From the human T2T-CHM13v2.0 reference genome, Homo sapiens: a stretch of 64,000 bases of DNA. The notes under the pieces are model-generated. The model did no database searches, was not told the origin of the DNA, and saw only the letters and a program-made list of their open reading frames with translations. Position 1 is the first letter of the stretch. Each line of letters opens with the position of its first letter. Shown here in pieces: positions 1 through 11,960 of this stretch. Both the position numbers and the translations under genes were made by a program. The stretch covers positions 9,792,001 through 9,856,000 of the forward strand of contig CP086569.2 of assembly GCA_009914755.4 (NCBI GenBank), written 5' to 3'.

Positions 1-779
1 TTTTATATTAATAGTAGGTGATGTAAGAAAGCAGGCCTTTATCAAGATAACTGACACTGGATGTCCATACCATTACTCAGGTGGGCCTTAATTCCCAGCC
101 GGGTTCCCTCCCTGGACACACACTGAAGGTCCCCAGCCATTTGGCAATCTCTTCACATTCCCAGCCCTGGAGGTAGCCCTAAAATACATGTACCTGAAGA
201 AAATAAAACATTGCCTCACACTGGAGCCCAGTGTGGTCCTCCAGATTCCGTGTGAGGTGGACTAACTTATATGGGAAGGCAGGGCAGCGGGAGTGAGGAT
301 GGCAGAGAGGATTACACATGTCAAGGCAGCCGGGGTCATGGAAACAAAACATGACTGGCCTGGGAGAAACACTGTGAAAGGACACAGACCTAGGTGGGCC
401 TCAGGTGGACATCCTCGTGGAGAAAAAGGGGGCCCTGGTTGATCTCAAAATGAGCCCCAGGTGGTAGCAGGTCTTACCGCAGGGCAGGGAGCTGGCGAGT
501 AATGATGAGACAGCTATCCCTTAAGCCCTGCTTGTCACCCACTGACTTTAGCCACATATGCATCATAGTGGCTTAAGGTGCCCCGATCCTGAAATGTGGG
601 TGTTACATGTCCCTGATGGGCCTCTCTCCCCCAACCCACGAATTGCCTGGGATTGCTCACTGCAGTCTCCTCCCGGATCCTTGGGTTCTCCATGTGGGGC
701 CCAGATCCAGGTCAAAAGGCCTCTCAGTTCCCAGCCCTTCCCAGCCCTAGGCTGCTCGCCTGGCCTCCTCTCTGTTCCG

Positions 780-1300
780 CCTCTAGGGCTGACCCTCTCT
801 CCATGGGATAGAACTGCAATGGATTGAGCCATAGGCCCTGGCTGATGATCTAGGGGACTGCAGAAGTGGGTCCAGGACAGTTCAGGTGACAGTTCAAAGC
901 CAATTCCCCAGAGACCAAGGAATGACCAGCTAGGTCCTTTCCCATGATGCCCCACGGCGAACCCCACCTCAGCAATCCTGCCAAAACCCGGGCAGTCATG
1001 TTCAGCCAAACAGCTGAATGAGCTCAGGTAGGAGGTGTACTGCCTGCAGCTGGAGGCTTGACCTTCGTGATCCCAGAACCGCTGGACTGCAGTGGAATGA
1101 GACACCCTGTAGCCTGCAGGGAGAGGAGTCAGGAAGGTTCATGCCAGTCCCACCCTCCCACACACCAGCTCCCCTACCATGCTGGGAGGCATTCCTTACC
1201 GAGGATGCCAACACAGTGCTCCTTCATGATGATTTCACTGTGGAAATAAAGGTTGGGATGAAAGGAAATCATCCTGCCACCGGTAACCGGGATGGCTGAG
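780..1300 (-). pseudogene. Antisense degenerate TSPY-like (NAP-domain) pseudogene fragment A, exon 3/4/5-like with short introns retained (unit 1)
   Basis: Minus-strand translation RMISFHPNLYFHSEIIMKEH (plus 1290-1190) aligns with TSPY exon 3 [21 protein letters not shown]. Further downstream, GLWLNPLQFYP resembles exon 5 [11 protein letters not shown], and GHHGKGPSWSFLGLWG resembles exon 4 [14 protein letters not shown]. Stops and frameshifts are present. Confidence 0.6.
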
Positions 1301-2571
1301 TTCCTCCACCTGCCGGATCAAGGAGAAAGAGGATGGATTCAATGGGACCATCTCAACTAGCCGGGCTGAGGTGGCCTACTAGCTGTAGTGAACCATGAGT
1401 TTCCCCTTCCCAGCTCTCCCACTGAGACAACCCTGGTCCCCAGGGGGACCTCAAACTGACTCAGACACTGGACTCCTCCCACAGACCCAGGCTCCCCAGC
1501 CTGACCTGCAAATCCATCACGTAGCAAAGCAGGACTTCCGCATGCTTTCCGACCCACGCCGACATCTCGTGTGCCAAACAATCTACCTCTGCGCAAGAAC
1601 TCTCCAGAGGATTGGGTGGGCAAGCCTCGTGACGCCTTGCAATTTCGCAAGAACACAGACAATGTGGAACAGGGCCATCTCCCAGACATTTGGCCAGTCA
1701 CCCTTCATTGTTGGCCCTCTATCTCTGTCTGGCGAGGAGGCAACGCCACAACTGTGGTGGTTTTTGGAGTGGGTGGACCCCGGCCAAGACGGCCTGGGCT
1801 GACCAGAGACGGGAGGCAGAAAAAGTGGGCAGGTGGTTGCAGCTGAGGGACGGGAGGGGCCGGGGGTGGTGTGAGGCGGCTGCTTCTCTGAGTTTCTGAG
1901 ATGCAGGAGGCCTTTGTGTGCTGGGTGCTGGACATGCTCCGCTGATGTCCGGGTGTGTGGTGTCCTCTTATCCTAGTCTCCCTGAGGGGTGGGCCTGTCC
2001 ACCTGAGGGAAGCCTTGTAGTTAGAAGCCACAGCAGGGTCGTGCCTGGCGCTCTCCAAGGGAATTGCGTGGGTCCAGAGGAAGTTATACAGGCTCAGGGC
2101 CTACACGCCTTTGAGTGCAGCGCCTGCAGTTGGATGAATGCGCATCTGCGGAGCTGGTGCCCGCCGTCAGGTGGTCGGCAGCCCCATGCGCCGCGAACCC
2201 GTCTTAAGCACCTTGCGTTTCTGGGGTGAGCCTGCTGGAAACAGGCACCGAGAGCAGGGGTGGTTCAATGGCTGGTAATGGCATACAGATTCCCCGTCCT
2301 CCAGGGACGTTCCCAGGGAAACGCGTCCTTCGAATTTGGGCTGTGCGCAAAGGGACCTTGGCGCCGCGATTCTCCCTTGTCAGTGCTGGCCCTGGCTCCC
2401 CTTCCCTACCACGTGCTCCCAGGGCTGCTACAAGCGAGCTGCCCTCACAGCTGCGGGAACGTGGCCTCGGCTCCCACGCTGTCCCCCATCCCCTGCCTCC
2501 TGGCTGACCCCACGTGCCTCCCACCTGGCTCCTCCCCGCAAACAGCCCCCATACCCCCCGAGGCCCGATGA

Positions 2572-3336
2572 CTATCCCCTGCTGCCCGCCATCCCAAATC
2601 GGCAGCCGCAAGGATATGGCTCTGGCTCACAAGGCGGAGATGCTCTGTGGCCTGGGGCATTCACGGAGCCCAGCTCCAAGTGAAGGACCTCCAGCGAGTC
2701 CATTGACGGCCCCGGTGTGCTCGGTCCAGGGCCAGGCTGTGCCCGCTGGCCCTCCTTCTGCCACCCCACGTCGGGCTCCACCTCAACCACCACCTCCACC
2801 TCAGCCATGATGTCTTCCACCTTCAGCACCGCCTCCTCTTCCAAGGCCGCCTCCTTGCTCTGTACCCCGGCCGTCCTCTCCAGCATTGCCTCCAGCCTGA
2901 ACACGGTTTTCTCCTGGGTGCTCCCACAGACCCTGGGCCTGCGCAGCCCAGCCCAGCCCAGCCCATGCCCCGCACCCGTAGGCTCTGGGGGCCCGCTCCC
3001 CAGCAGACCCGCTCCCTGCAAGACCCACGGGCGTCGCCCTGCTGTGAACCTGGTCCCACACCTACGTGGACCCAGGTTTCCTGAGGAGCTCCGCTGGACC
3101 CGCAGATCCCGCACTGGCCAAAGGGCTCCGGTCCCCAGCAGGCTCAACTGCGCACAGGAGCTCGGGAGCCAGAGGCCCCGGCCCTGGGCTTGCAGAGCCC
3201 CACCAACAGGCACCGCAACCGCTGCTGCGGGTGCGGGAGCCTCTGGGTCGTCAAGGCAGCGCACAACAGCGTGCGCGCAGGCCGACAATGGCCAACCCTG
3301 GCGGCTGGCCTCTGGTGTGCCCAGGGCATAGGACAA
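2572..3336 (-). pseudogene. Inverted, diverged TSPY exon-1-like pseudo-exon, head-to-head with the TSPY gene (unit 1)
   Basis: Minus-strand translation [84 protein letters not shown] aligns with TSPY exon 1 [87 protein letters not shown]. The DNA-level similarity is visible too. No downstream exons follow in frame. Confidence 0.75.
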
Positions 3337-3679
3337 GAGGCCCTTTGGAATGCTCCTTGGAGTACAGCATCCTCAGGGAGGAAGCATGGTACTCGGAGCC
3401 TCTATTTGCCTCGACCTGTGAGAGTGTGTGCCGGGGCTCTGGCCTCTACAGCAGATCAATTCCACCTCAGCACCGGCAGGCGACTTTCCTCCCACGTGCC
3501 CGCCCCGATCACTTCCCCCAGGACACCCCTGCCGCCCTAGCCCCAGCAACCAGAGAGAGTTCTCTGCATCTGCTGTATTACCTCCGTACCATCTACCTGG
3601 CCTGCCTAACGAAGAGAGATGTTTCCTGTGTTCATGACACATAGAGATGTTCATGGCTTGCCACACTGAGGATGTCAGG

Positions 3680-3959
3680 GCACAGGGCTGCCATGCCCAC
3701 AATTCCAAAGGCCACGCAGCCCGCGTGTGCCCGGATGCCTAGCTACCCGGCACAAGCTCCAAGGGCTTCTCGGAGGAGGCTTGGGCAGGGAAGGCGGGGG
3801 GTGGGGGGGCTGGAGATGCAGGCCCGCCAGTGGCTGTGCCGCCCAGGGAGACGCCCACCGCCCTCCCATTGACTGGCCACGACGGGAGGAAGTCGGCCTG
3901 GGTGCGGCCCCCCGGCCCTTCGCGCGCAGTCTCTTAGGGGGCGCCTGGAAGCCCGGCGC
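3680..3959 (+). promoter_or_regulatory. TSPY CpG-island, TATA-less promoter region (unit 1)
   Basis: Very high CpG/GC density with GC boxes (ggggtggggggg) immediately upstream of the ATG at 3960. The island extends over exon 1 and across to the inverted pseudo-exon. Confidence 0.55.
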
Positions 3960-6522
3960 ATGCGCCCTGAGGGCTCGCTGACCTACCGGGTGCCAGAGAG
4001 GCTGCGGCAGGGTTTCTGTGGCGTGGGTCGGGCAGCACAGGCCTTGGTGTGTGCGAGTGCCAAGGAGGGCACCGCCTTCAGGATGGAGGCTGTACAGGAG
4101 GGGGCGGCCGGGGTGGAGAGTGAGCAGGCGGCTTTGGGGGAGGAGGCGGTGCTGCTGTTGGATGACATAATGGCGGAGGTGGAGGTGGTGGCGGAGGAGG
4201 AGGGCCTCGTGGAGCGGCGGGAGGAGGCCCAGCGGGCACAGCAGGCTGTGCCTGGCCCTGGGCCCATGACCCCAGAGTCTGCACTGGAGGAGCTGCTGGC
4301 CGTTCAGGTGGAGCTGGAGCCGGTTAATGCCCAAGCCAGGAAGGCCTTTTCTCGGCAGCGGGAAAAGATGGAGCGGAGGCGCAAGCCCCACCTAGACCGC
4401 AGAGGCGCCGTCATCCAGAGCGTCCCTGGCTTCTGGGCCAATGTTGTATCCTTCTCAGTGTTTCTTCGTCCTTTCTAGTGGAGAGGTGCTCTCGGGGAAG
4501 TGTAAGTGACCGATGGGCAGCTCGGCGTCGATGTGACTCTTTGGGGAACAAAGGGGAGTTGCCACGGACCAATGTGGCTGTGGAAAGCCGGAGCAGGCGT
4601 GGGTACTATTGTCCTGCATGCGGCAGAGAAACCCTTGGTGATGCCGAGCAGCAGACGTTTGGGGCATCTTTTTGAAGAGCAGAAGCGAGTTCAGAGCGGA
4701 AGAGGTTTTTCAGTGAATGAAGCTATTTTTAAGGGAGTGTGATTGCTGCCCCTTGCTAGTCCGATCTGGGACTGGGCGTCTTCGGCTATAAGCAGATTCT
4801 GCCACTCCTCAGACACCAGCAAGTCTCTGCAAATCGCGCCTCCCCATGTCAGTGCAGTCAGCCTCAGAATCATACACCCTCTGTGAACACAGGAGGCCTT
4901 AGTTTACGGGGAGGGGGAGGCGAAAGGAGATCATACATGGAAGCAGATCTGAGAAATCCCCTACCCCAGCCTCTGGGTGCTCTTAGGCCTTCTTCCCTGT
5001 TGCTCCTCGCTTTCCCTTCCATCGTGTGTAAAGTCTCTTTGACCTAAATCAGATTGCAAACCACCCCCAGATGTCAGCCCTGATCACTGACGAAGATGAA
5101 GACATGCTGAGCTACATGGTCAGCCTGGAGGTGAGGCCAGGAAGACTGGGGCTAGAGGGTTTAGCGGGGGAGGGTAAGGGAAATAATTCATTCCTGTAAG
5201 CAAGAGTGAGCACCTCACCCGAAAACCTATCTAAGCTTTCTCCACCTTGTCCTGACAGGTGGAAGAAGAGAAGCATCCTGTTCATCTCTGCAAGATCATG
5301 TTGTTCTTTCGGAGTAACCCCTACTTCCAGAATAAAGTGATTACCAAGGAATATCTGGTGAACATCACAGGTGACAGGTGGCTCCCAGGATGGGTAGTGG
5401 AAGGAAGATGGTGGGTGGATCATTGCCAACGGGATCCAGCCCCCTTCCCACAAAAACTCCTGTCTCTGTAGAATACAGGGCTTCTCATTCCACTCCAATT
5501 GAGTGATATCCGGATTATGAAGTGGAGGCCTATCGCCGCAGACACCACAACAGCAGCCTTAACTTCTTCAACTGGTTCTCTGACCACAACTTCGCAGGAT
5601 CTAACAAGATTGCTGAGGTGAGTCCTCACTGGGAAACATGAGGAATGACCCCGTGTGTTCCCAGCTGCTTGGGTCACCTTTCTGAGCCCTGATGAGGCCT
5701 TTCCCGATTGAGTCCCCTGACAGATCCTATGTAAGGACCTGTGGCGCAATCCCCTGCAATACTACAAGAGGATGAAGCCACCTGAAGAGGGAACAGAGAC
5801 GTCAGGTGAGCCGTTAGTTGGCACTGGAGCTGTTTGATGCCCAGTATAAGGGGGTTGACACACCTGCCTATTCAGGGAGCCTGGGTGCTCATTTCAGAAA
5901 TGTAGAAATTGAGGCTCCTTTCGTACATGTAGAAATTCCTTGAGAGGAAGACAGAGAGTGACAGAATCCAGGACGTTCATGGCATTGGGCTGAAAAGGCA
6001 CGTTAGAGACTGCACTGCAAAGCGGGTGATAGCTGTGGAGTCTTAAGCCCAGTGAAGAATCGTCCATTTCCAGAATCAATGAGAAGTAAAGCTGAAAATC
6101 ATTCAGTTCAGTCTGTGGCACTTGATTCCACGGCTGTCAACCCCACCGGCAGTCATCCCGCCAACCCCATGAGATTGGGCTCCCTGAATGTGCGTCCTGG
6201 TCATCCTTGCCCCAAACCACAAAGGACTGTTTAGATTGATGGATTTCCTTAAGCTGTTGCCCCATCAGACTTGTGTGTGCTTTTAGGGCCCAGTGCATCT
6301 TGTTAGCTGACTCCCCTCACAGACAATACTGGGAATGGGGCAGGGATTGCGCAGAACAGTTTGTAACACGTGGTAGGAGGAAGTTTAAGGGATCACAAAT
6401 GGGGAAGGGATATCCTTTTCTCAGCGGGCCCCACAATTGAAACATTTCAAAGTATGGCTCAGAGAAAATGCGTTTTAACATGAGTTTGTGTTTCTCTAGG
6501 GGACTCCCAGTTGTTGAGTTGA
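3960..6522 (+). pseudogene. TSPY: TSPY copy with a premature stop. Six-exon structure is intact, but TGG>TGA at 5504-5506 (about Trp237) truncates the NAP domain.
   Basis: Exons 3960-4445, 5053-5130, 5259-5370, 5472-5617, 5724-5805, 6500-6522 with GT/AG splice sites. The translation matches human TSPY1 as recalled ([19 protein letters not shown]...[79 protein letters not shown]). Units 2 and 3 have gagtggtatcc where unit 1 has gagtgatatcc. The ORF track lacks the exon-4 ORF that is present in the other two units. Confidence 0.7.
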
Positions 6523-6692
6523 ATATGATGGAGCATCAGATTTTACCTAATACAGCAGAACTCCTAAGAAGTTACAGCCATATGCAGGACGGCAGTACTC
6601 AGCATGGTCTTATGCACAGGAACTAAAGGAAAAAGAGATCGAGTCACAAAAATTCAGGAAGAGGGGGTAAATGTGGATTGTATGGAATGAAA

Positions 6693-6698
6693 AATAAA
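6693..6698 (+). other. AATAAA polyadenylation signal, ~170 nt after the TSPY stop (unit 1)
   Basis: The aataaa hexamer is the first canonical signal downstream of the stop at 6520-6522. It is consistent with a short 3'UTR and a ~2.8-kb transcription unit. Confidence 0.5.
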
Positions 6699-6705
6699 CA
6701 TTCTC

Positions 6706-6774
6706 AAGGATGTGTGACTCTGTGTCTGTGTGTGTGTGTGTCTTTGTGTTTGTGTGTGTGTGTGTGTGTGTCTT

Positions 6775-6805
<31 letters not shown>

Positions 6806-6812
6806 TTATCCA
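6706..6812. repeat. (TG)n microsatellite just 3' of the TSPY polyA signal (unit 1, ~100 bp, interrupted)
   Basis: tgtgtctgtgtgtgtgtgtgtctttgtgtttgtgtgtgtgtgtgtgtgtgtctttgtgtgtgtgtgtgtgtgtgtgtgtg. Confidence 0.95.
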
Positions 6813-9463
6813 CTTTATTCGGGTGTCATAATGAATTGATCAATCCACGTGCTTTATTCTCTGCATGGAAATAACCAGTCTGCGTTGGAGCTGGGCCTCT
6901 AAAGTTGTAGAGTGAATGGGTGTGGGATGTGTTGGGATTCTTCCTACAGGACAGAGTGGGAGAGGTAAAAGCAAAAGACAGCTTAGTTGGAGGCTGACTT
7001 CGTCCTATGGAAGCAGAGATAGTTCAAGGAAAGGGGTTACTGGGTTTCCAGGGCCCAGTTTGCTGGGACCTCCAAAATCCTTCATTTTGGGTATCATCAT
7101 ACACAGTAGCTAAGCACAGGATGATGGAAATCTTAAAGTTCGCTTTCGTGTTGAATCCACATGTTCTTTTAAAGGTGAATGCATGATCCTTTTCTGGGAC
7201 AATCAGCCTCTCAGGACTTCTGAAACATCAACGTGAGAAGAAATGGGCATGTAAGGTGTATGGAGGGACTGTGGGAAAGGTGACAGAGGCATGTGGGAAG
7301 GCATTCAGGATACGCTTTTGGCAGAGATGACTAAGGGAAAACAGAAACTTACAGAAGTGAGGGGAAAGGGGGTGGATTAGTGGAATATAAGATTGTTGGA
7401 GAATCCATCCATGGACTCTCTTGTCACTTGATGACCCAGGATATGGACACTCTTGTTGATGTTTACATCTTTAGTTGTTTTAAGCTTTTCTCCAAGATTC
7501 TGTGTTAGGTGAGGAGCCAATAACGTATGTAGCTAACAACAGTACGAGTGCATTTTGTGCTCTTGCAAAGTCTAGTGAGGCTCTATTCTCCCTCGTGATT
7601 GGCACTGCAGATTGTATCTGGACCCAGGGCCCCTAAATTTTCTGTGGCCTCTTCAGCATAGTTTGCCTAAGGTTTAGAACGTAAAGCGAATATAGTTGCG
7701 GAATATGTTTTGCAAGCCTCACACAGGAGGACAAAACATACAGCTTTCATTTGTGAGTGGGAGGCTGCTTCCCAGGAATACGTGTGTCTGCACAAGACAA
7801 GGAGTTGCCTCTGTCAAGGATGGGGCAGGAGGATTTCAGTGTTGGAGGCAGAACTTTCTTTCCTGTTCCCAGATGAAACAGTTCCAACACGAGCATCCAT
7901 GTTGACCACACGCTACTAGAGTGCTAACATTGCTGTCCCGTATAGACTCCGGTCAGCACAGCTTCTGTGAGAAGAGCTATGTTGTTTCAGGGAAGAGGGT
8001 TTGACAGTCAAAGTTCCTGAATCTGTTGTGGTGCCTGCAATATGCATTCTACCCCTCCTGCTCGGTGTCAAAGCAGTTGAACTTTGAAAATCTATCGCCC
8101 GGTTTTGTCCCTGCTCCTATGCAGACCTCTGAAGCTCTGGAGCGGGAGTCTTGTCCTCCTCTGACTACCGTCCCCCTGACCCACAAACACAGGAGAAACA
8201 GGTGTTCTAAGCAAATTATTCTGAAAACAGTCGGAACACTTTGGCCCCCTCAAGCTGCCCACTATCCTACTGTGTGCATGTCAAAGACACTGTGGTCCAG
8301 TACGGTATCCCTATAGCGGCAATGGGGCAACAGATTGGTGTGTGCACTCTGGGCAACTCAGATTAGGAAACGTCTGGGGACTTGCGTATAACGAAGTCGT
8401 CTTAAAACATGTTGCCCCAAATTTAAGGCATAGGAAAATGTTGAGGAAAGGGTCTTGCAATGATTTTTCTAGGAGGTAAATAGATAAGAAAATGACCGTA
8501 AATAGATGCCAGGGCTAGTTTTGGAGCTAGCCTGTTTTAAAGTGGTGGTAGGGGAGGAGGTTTTTCCAAGGCAGGTAGCAAACCAGGAACTGTCTACGAT
8601 GGATGGGCGTGCCATGGGTTGGTGGCTCAGCCATATTGCCACCCCACGGAGTCGATGCAGCAGACTGGGCTTCTTCCTTGAATCCTACGTGCAATTCAGT
8701 CTAGTGATTTCACATGAGATCCCTTCTTCTGGTATTATCACAGATCGTGCTGAATTATACAGGCTGTGTATTGCTTCTTCCACTGAATATCCGTGCACGT
8801 GGGCCACAGATGCTAAGGGCACTGACAAATTTGCACCGTGCCTCAGTAACTCGGAAGCACATCTGTGATTTGTACCGACAGGGACTTGGTGTCTTTTCGT
8901 GTTTAAAGTAGCACGTGTGTGTTTGTGGTTGCGTATGTTTATTTCTCTGTGCGGGTTTGTATATTTTCTCTGACTCCACCTATGTCTCCGTGGTTCCGAT
9001 ATTTTTCCACACTCCCTGCGGCAATTTGCACATGCCTATCTCTACAACCATTGTAGATTTTGTATCTGTGTCTTTGAACATCTGTCACTCTCTCTCCCTT
9101 CCTTTTTTCTTTTCCTTCCTTTACACCCCTCCTTTCATCCTTCCCTTGCTTCCCCACCACACTCTCTCCATCTGTATCGTCTATGTTTCTATTCTCTATC
9201 TGGGTTTACTTTCTAATTCTGAATTCAAGGGCATTGAATTGAAAAGAAGCACTCTTCGTACTTTTATGTGTTTTAACTCATTTGGGGAATTTGGCGTGGT
9301 ATTATTTACAGGGTTCTCTCTGCCCTTTCTCATTGTTCTCCCCAGCCGGGGCTGTTATTATGTGAAAGCTGGTTTCCTTCATCACATCGCGTAGGCTCTA
9401 ATGATGTTTCGTTTATTTTGATTCTCCTCACACTACATAGTTTTAATTTACCTAATGTGACTG

Positions 9464-9768
9464 TTTTTTTGTTTGTTTTCCGAGAATGGGTCTTACTCTG
9501 TCTTCTAGGTTGGACAGCAGCCCCACGATCTCAGCCCACTGCAGCCCAGGCACCACACACCCATGTGATCCTGTCAACTCAGACTCTCACACACCTGGCA
9601 GTACAGGTGCATGCCACCCCTCCAAGCTATGTATTAATTAACTAAATACTTACTTTTTGAATGTGGGTCCATGTTGCCCCAGGCTCATCTGGAACTCCTG
9701 AGTGCAGGCAATCCTCCCACCTCAGCTTATCAAAGTGCTGGGATGACAGGTGTGACCCATGGCCCTGC
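9464..9768 (-). mobile_element. Alu element (old, diverged), minus orientation (unit 1)
   Basis: Reverse complement reads ggccatgggtcacacctgtcatcccagcactttgataagctgaggtgggagg...gcctgggctgcagtgggctgagatcgtggggctgctgtccaacctagaagacagagtaagacccattctcggaaaacaaacaaaaaaa. Confidence 0.8.
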
Positions 9769-9909
9769 CATGGCTTTGTGTTTTTTGCTTTTTTCTTCCT
9801 CCTCCTCACGTCTTGTTTTGAAACATGCACTGAAGGTTTCAATTCATGGACTATAGCCTCTGTGCCTGGAATTTCTATCTTTCAACTCATCATCAGCATT
9901 CATTGGGAT

Positions 9910-9914
<5 letters not shown>

Positions 9915-9961
<47 letters not shown>

Positions 9962-10075
9962 ATATAAGAATACCTATGTACACACATATATACGTATATA
10001 CATGTATATACGTATATATGCACATTTATATACGTATATACATGTATATACGTATATATATACATGTACACATAT
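9915..10075. repeat. (TA)n followed by an imperfect (TATATACGTATATACATG)n-like AT-rich repeat (unit 1)
   Basis: Pure (TA)22 at 9915-9958, then tatatacgtatatacatgtatatacg periodic tract. Confidence 0.9.
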
Positions 10076-10554
10076 GTATTTATTTCTCAAGTTACGAAAC
10101 GGCTTGCATTCTTTCCTGTGTCATGAAAAAGACTTTGCTAGAAAAGAAAAGCACTGCTTTATAATAAAATATTTTATTTGCATTTATTTTGTTAAGGCAT
10201 TTTAAAAATTGTATGTTTGTTTAAAAAATGTCATATGAAATGATACATATTTACAACTTAAGGCGTGATGTTCAACAGGTCATATACATTATGCATTGGA
10301 TACATCCAGCCAATCAACATATGTGTGACCTCACATAGTTGTCATTTTTGTTGTGAAAAAACTTGACCTGCACTGTATTCGAATATTTTTAGAGAAAGAA
10401 TATGTTACCACTAGTTATAGTGAGCATGCTGAAGAAAATATTTTTAACCTATTCCTCCTTTATAACTAGAAGTATGAGTTCTTCATCCAGCATCTCGTCA
10501 GTGCACCCTCTTCACCGCAGTCATTGGAGTCACTACTTCTGTGAAGTCCGCTTT

Positions 10555-11960
10555 TTTGATTTCATATAAGAATGAGATCATGTGCTACTTTCCTTTCTGA
10601 TACCTGGCTTATGTCACTTAACAGAATGGCATGCACACATTCAGCAGATTCCCACACATTCTCACAACTGGCAGGATTTCCTGATTTCTTATTGCAGCGC
10701 ATATTTACGTTGCGCATATGCGTTTTTGCCCCATTTTTTAATCCACTTATCAATGGAGGGACTCTCAGGTTGCTTCCGCATTTTGGCTACAGCAAAAATG
10801 TAATGAGTGCAGCAATAATTGCATGGGTGCGCGCACCGCTTCAACATACTGATCTGTGTACTGGCGGGCGTGCCCGGGTATTCTGATTTGCTGGATCATA
10901 TAGTGGGTGGTTCTACTTGTAGATTTCTGAAGGCTGTTTATACTTAAATAAGAGCCATAAAGCTTCTTTAATGCCAGCACTAATTTACATTCTCCCCAAA
11001 AGTGAGCAGGGAATTCGTTTTCTCTGCCTCCTCACCAGAGATTAGGGTTTTCTTTTCTTTCTTTTTTTTTTTTTTGTTTGTTTGTCTTTCGGATAATATG
11101 CATTCTGACTGAAGTGAGAAGAAATCTCATTGTGTTTTTGATTTGCATTTTCGTGATGGATTGGGGATAATGAGGAATTTTTAGTGTGTCTTCTGGGCAA
11201 CTGTATGTCTCAGTTTCACAAATGAGTCTTCGCAGCCTTCGCCCATTTGTTTTCATGCTATTGAGTTGTTGGGAGTTCCTTATGTACTGTGACTATTCCC
11301 CCATGAACAGATGTATGGTGATCCAATCATTGCTCCCATCCTGTAGGATGCCCCTTCTGTATGTTGAGTTTTCTATGGTGTGGTGAAGCACTTTAGTTTG
11401 ATATGATTCCATTCTCTATTTTTGATGGTGTTTACTGTGTTCTTGCAGTCACTTTGAGACCATCATTGCACACACGGACGCCATGGAGCTTCTTCCTTGT
11501 GATCTCTTCTGCTATTTTTATCGTTTCACATCTGACACTGGAGTTTGGTGATAAATAATCCACTTGTAAAATCCTTTGTGTGGCTATTCAGATTTCCCCA
11601 ACCTAGTTTATAGAAGATACTTGATTTTGCATTGGGCGTTCTTGCTTCTTTGGGAAAAGGCTGTGAGCTGCAAATGCAGTGACTTAGTTCTGGGCTCCTG
11701 TTGTTTTTCCTAAGCTCTAGTCTCTGCTTTTCTGCCAGTGCTATTGTATTTTGGTACAAAAAGTTTTGTAGTAGTATATCATGAAGTTAGGTAGTGGGGT
11801 GGCTCCAGCTTTGTGCTTTTTACTGGATTGCTCTGGGTTTTCAGGATCTTCTGCCATTTCATAGCAAATTTGGGATTCCCAGATTGTTTTTCTAAGAAGA
11901 ATGTGTCATTGATATTTTTACAGGGGTTGTATAGAATCTGAGGATGACTCAGGTAGTAGT
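10555..11960 (-). mobile_element. Old L1 (LINE-1) fragment covering the ORF2 C-terminal region and 3' end, antisense orientation (unit 1)
   Basis: Plus strand reads as the reverse complement of L1 ORF2. Recognisable blocks include gagatcatgtgctactttcctttctgatacctggcttatgtcacttaaca, ctcattgtgtttttgatttgcatttt, ccttcgcccatttg, gcactttagtttgat and tagtagtatatcatgaagttaggtagtggggtggctccagctttgtgcttttt, the last matching the tagtatagtttgaagtcaggtagcgtgatgcctccagctttgttcttttt stretch of antisense L1. Confidence 0.7.

Noticed and set aside
2717-3331. 204-aa Ser/Thr/Ala-rich plus-strand ORF
   Set aside because: It is the opposite strand of the inverted TSPY exon-1 pseudo-exon in GC-rich DNA. Low-complexity translation with no splice context or conservation signal.
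3675-4391. 238-aa proline/leucine-rich ORF on the minus strand, with equivalents in every unit (24003-24719, 44314-44991), and many other 60-250-aa ORFs between 560 and 4700 on both strands
   Set aside because: They overlap TSPY exon 1 and the CpG island in antisense. GC-rich sequence lacks stop codons by chance. The translations are low-complexity (PPPPPP, RRR) and have no independent support. The real coding strand here is plus (TSPY).
4478-4742. ORFs within TSPY intron 1 ([13 protein letters not shown]..., [10 protein letters not shown]...)
   Set aside because: They are intronic, flanked by a clear exon-1 donor (gtatcc at 4446) and exon-2 acceptor. No coding evidence.
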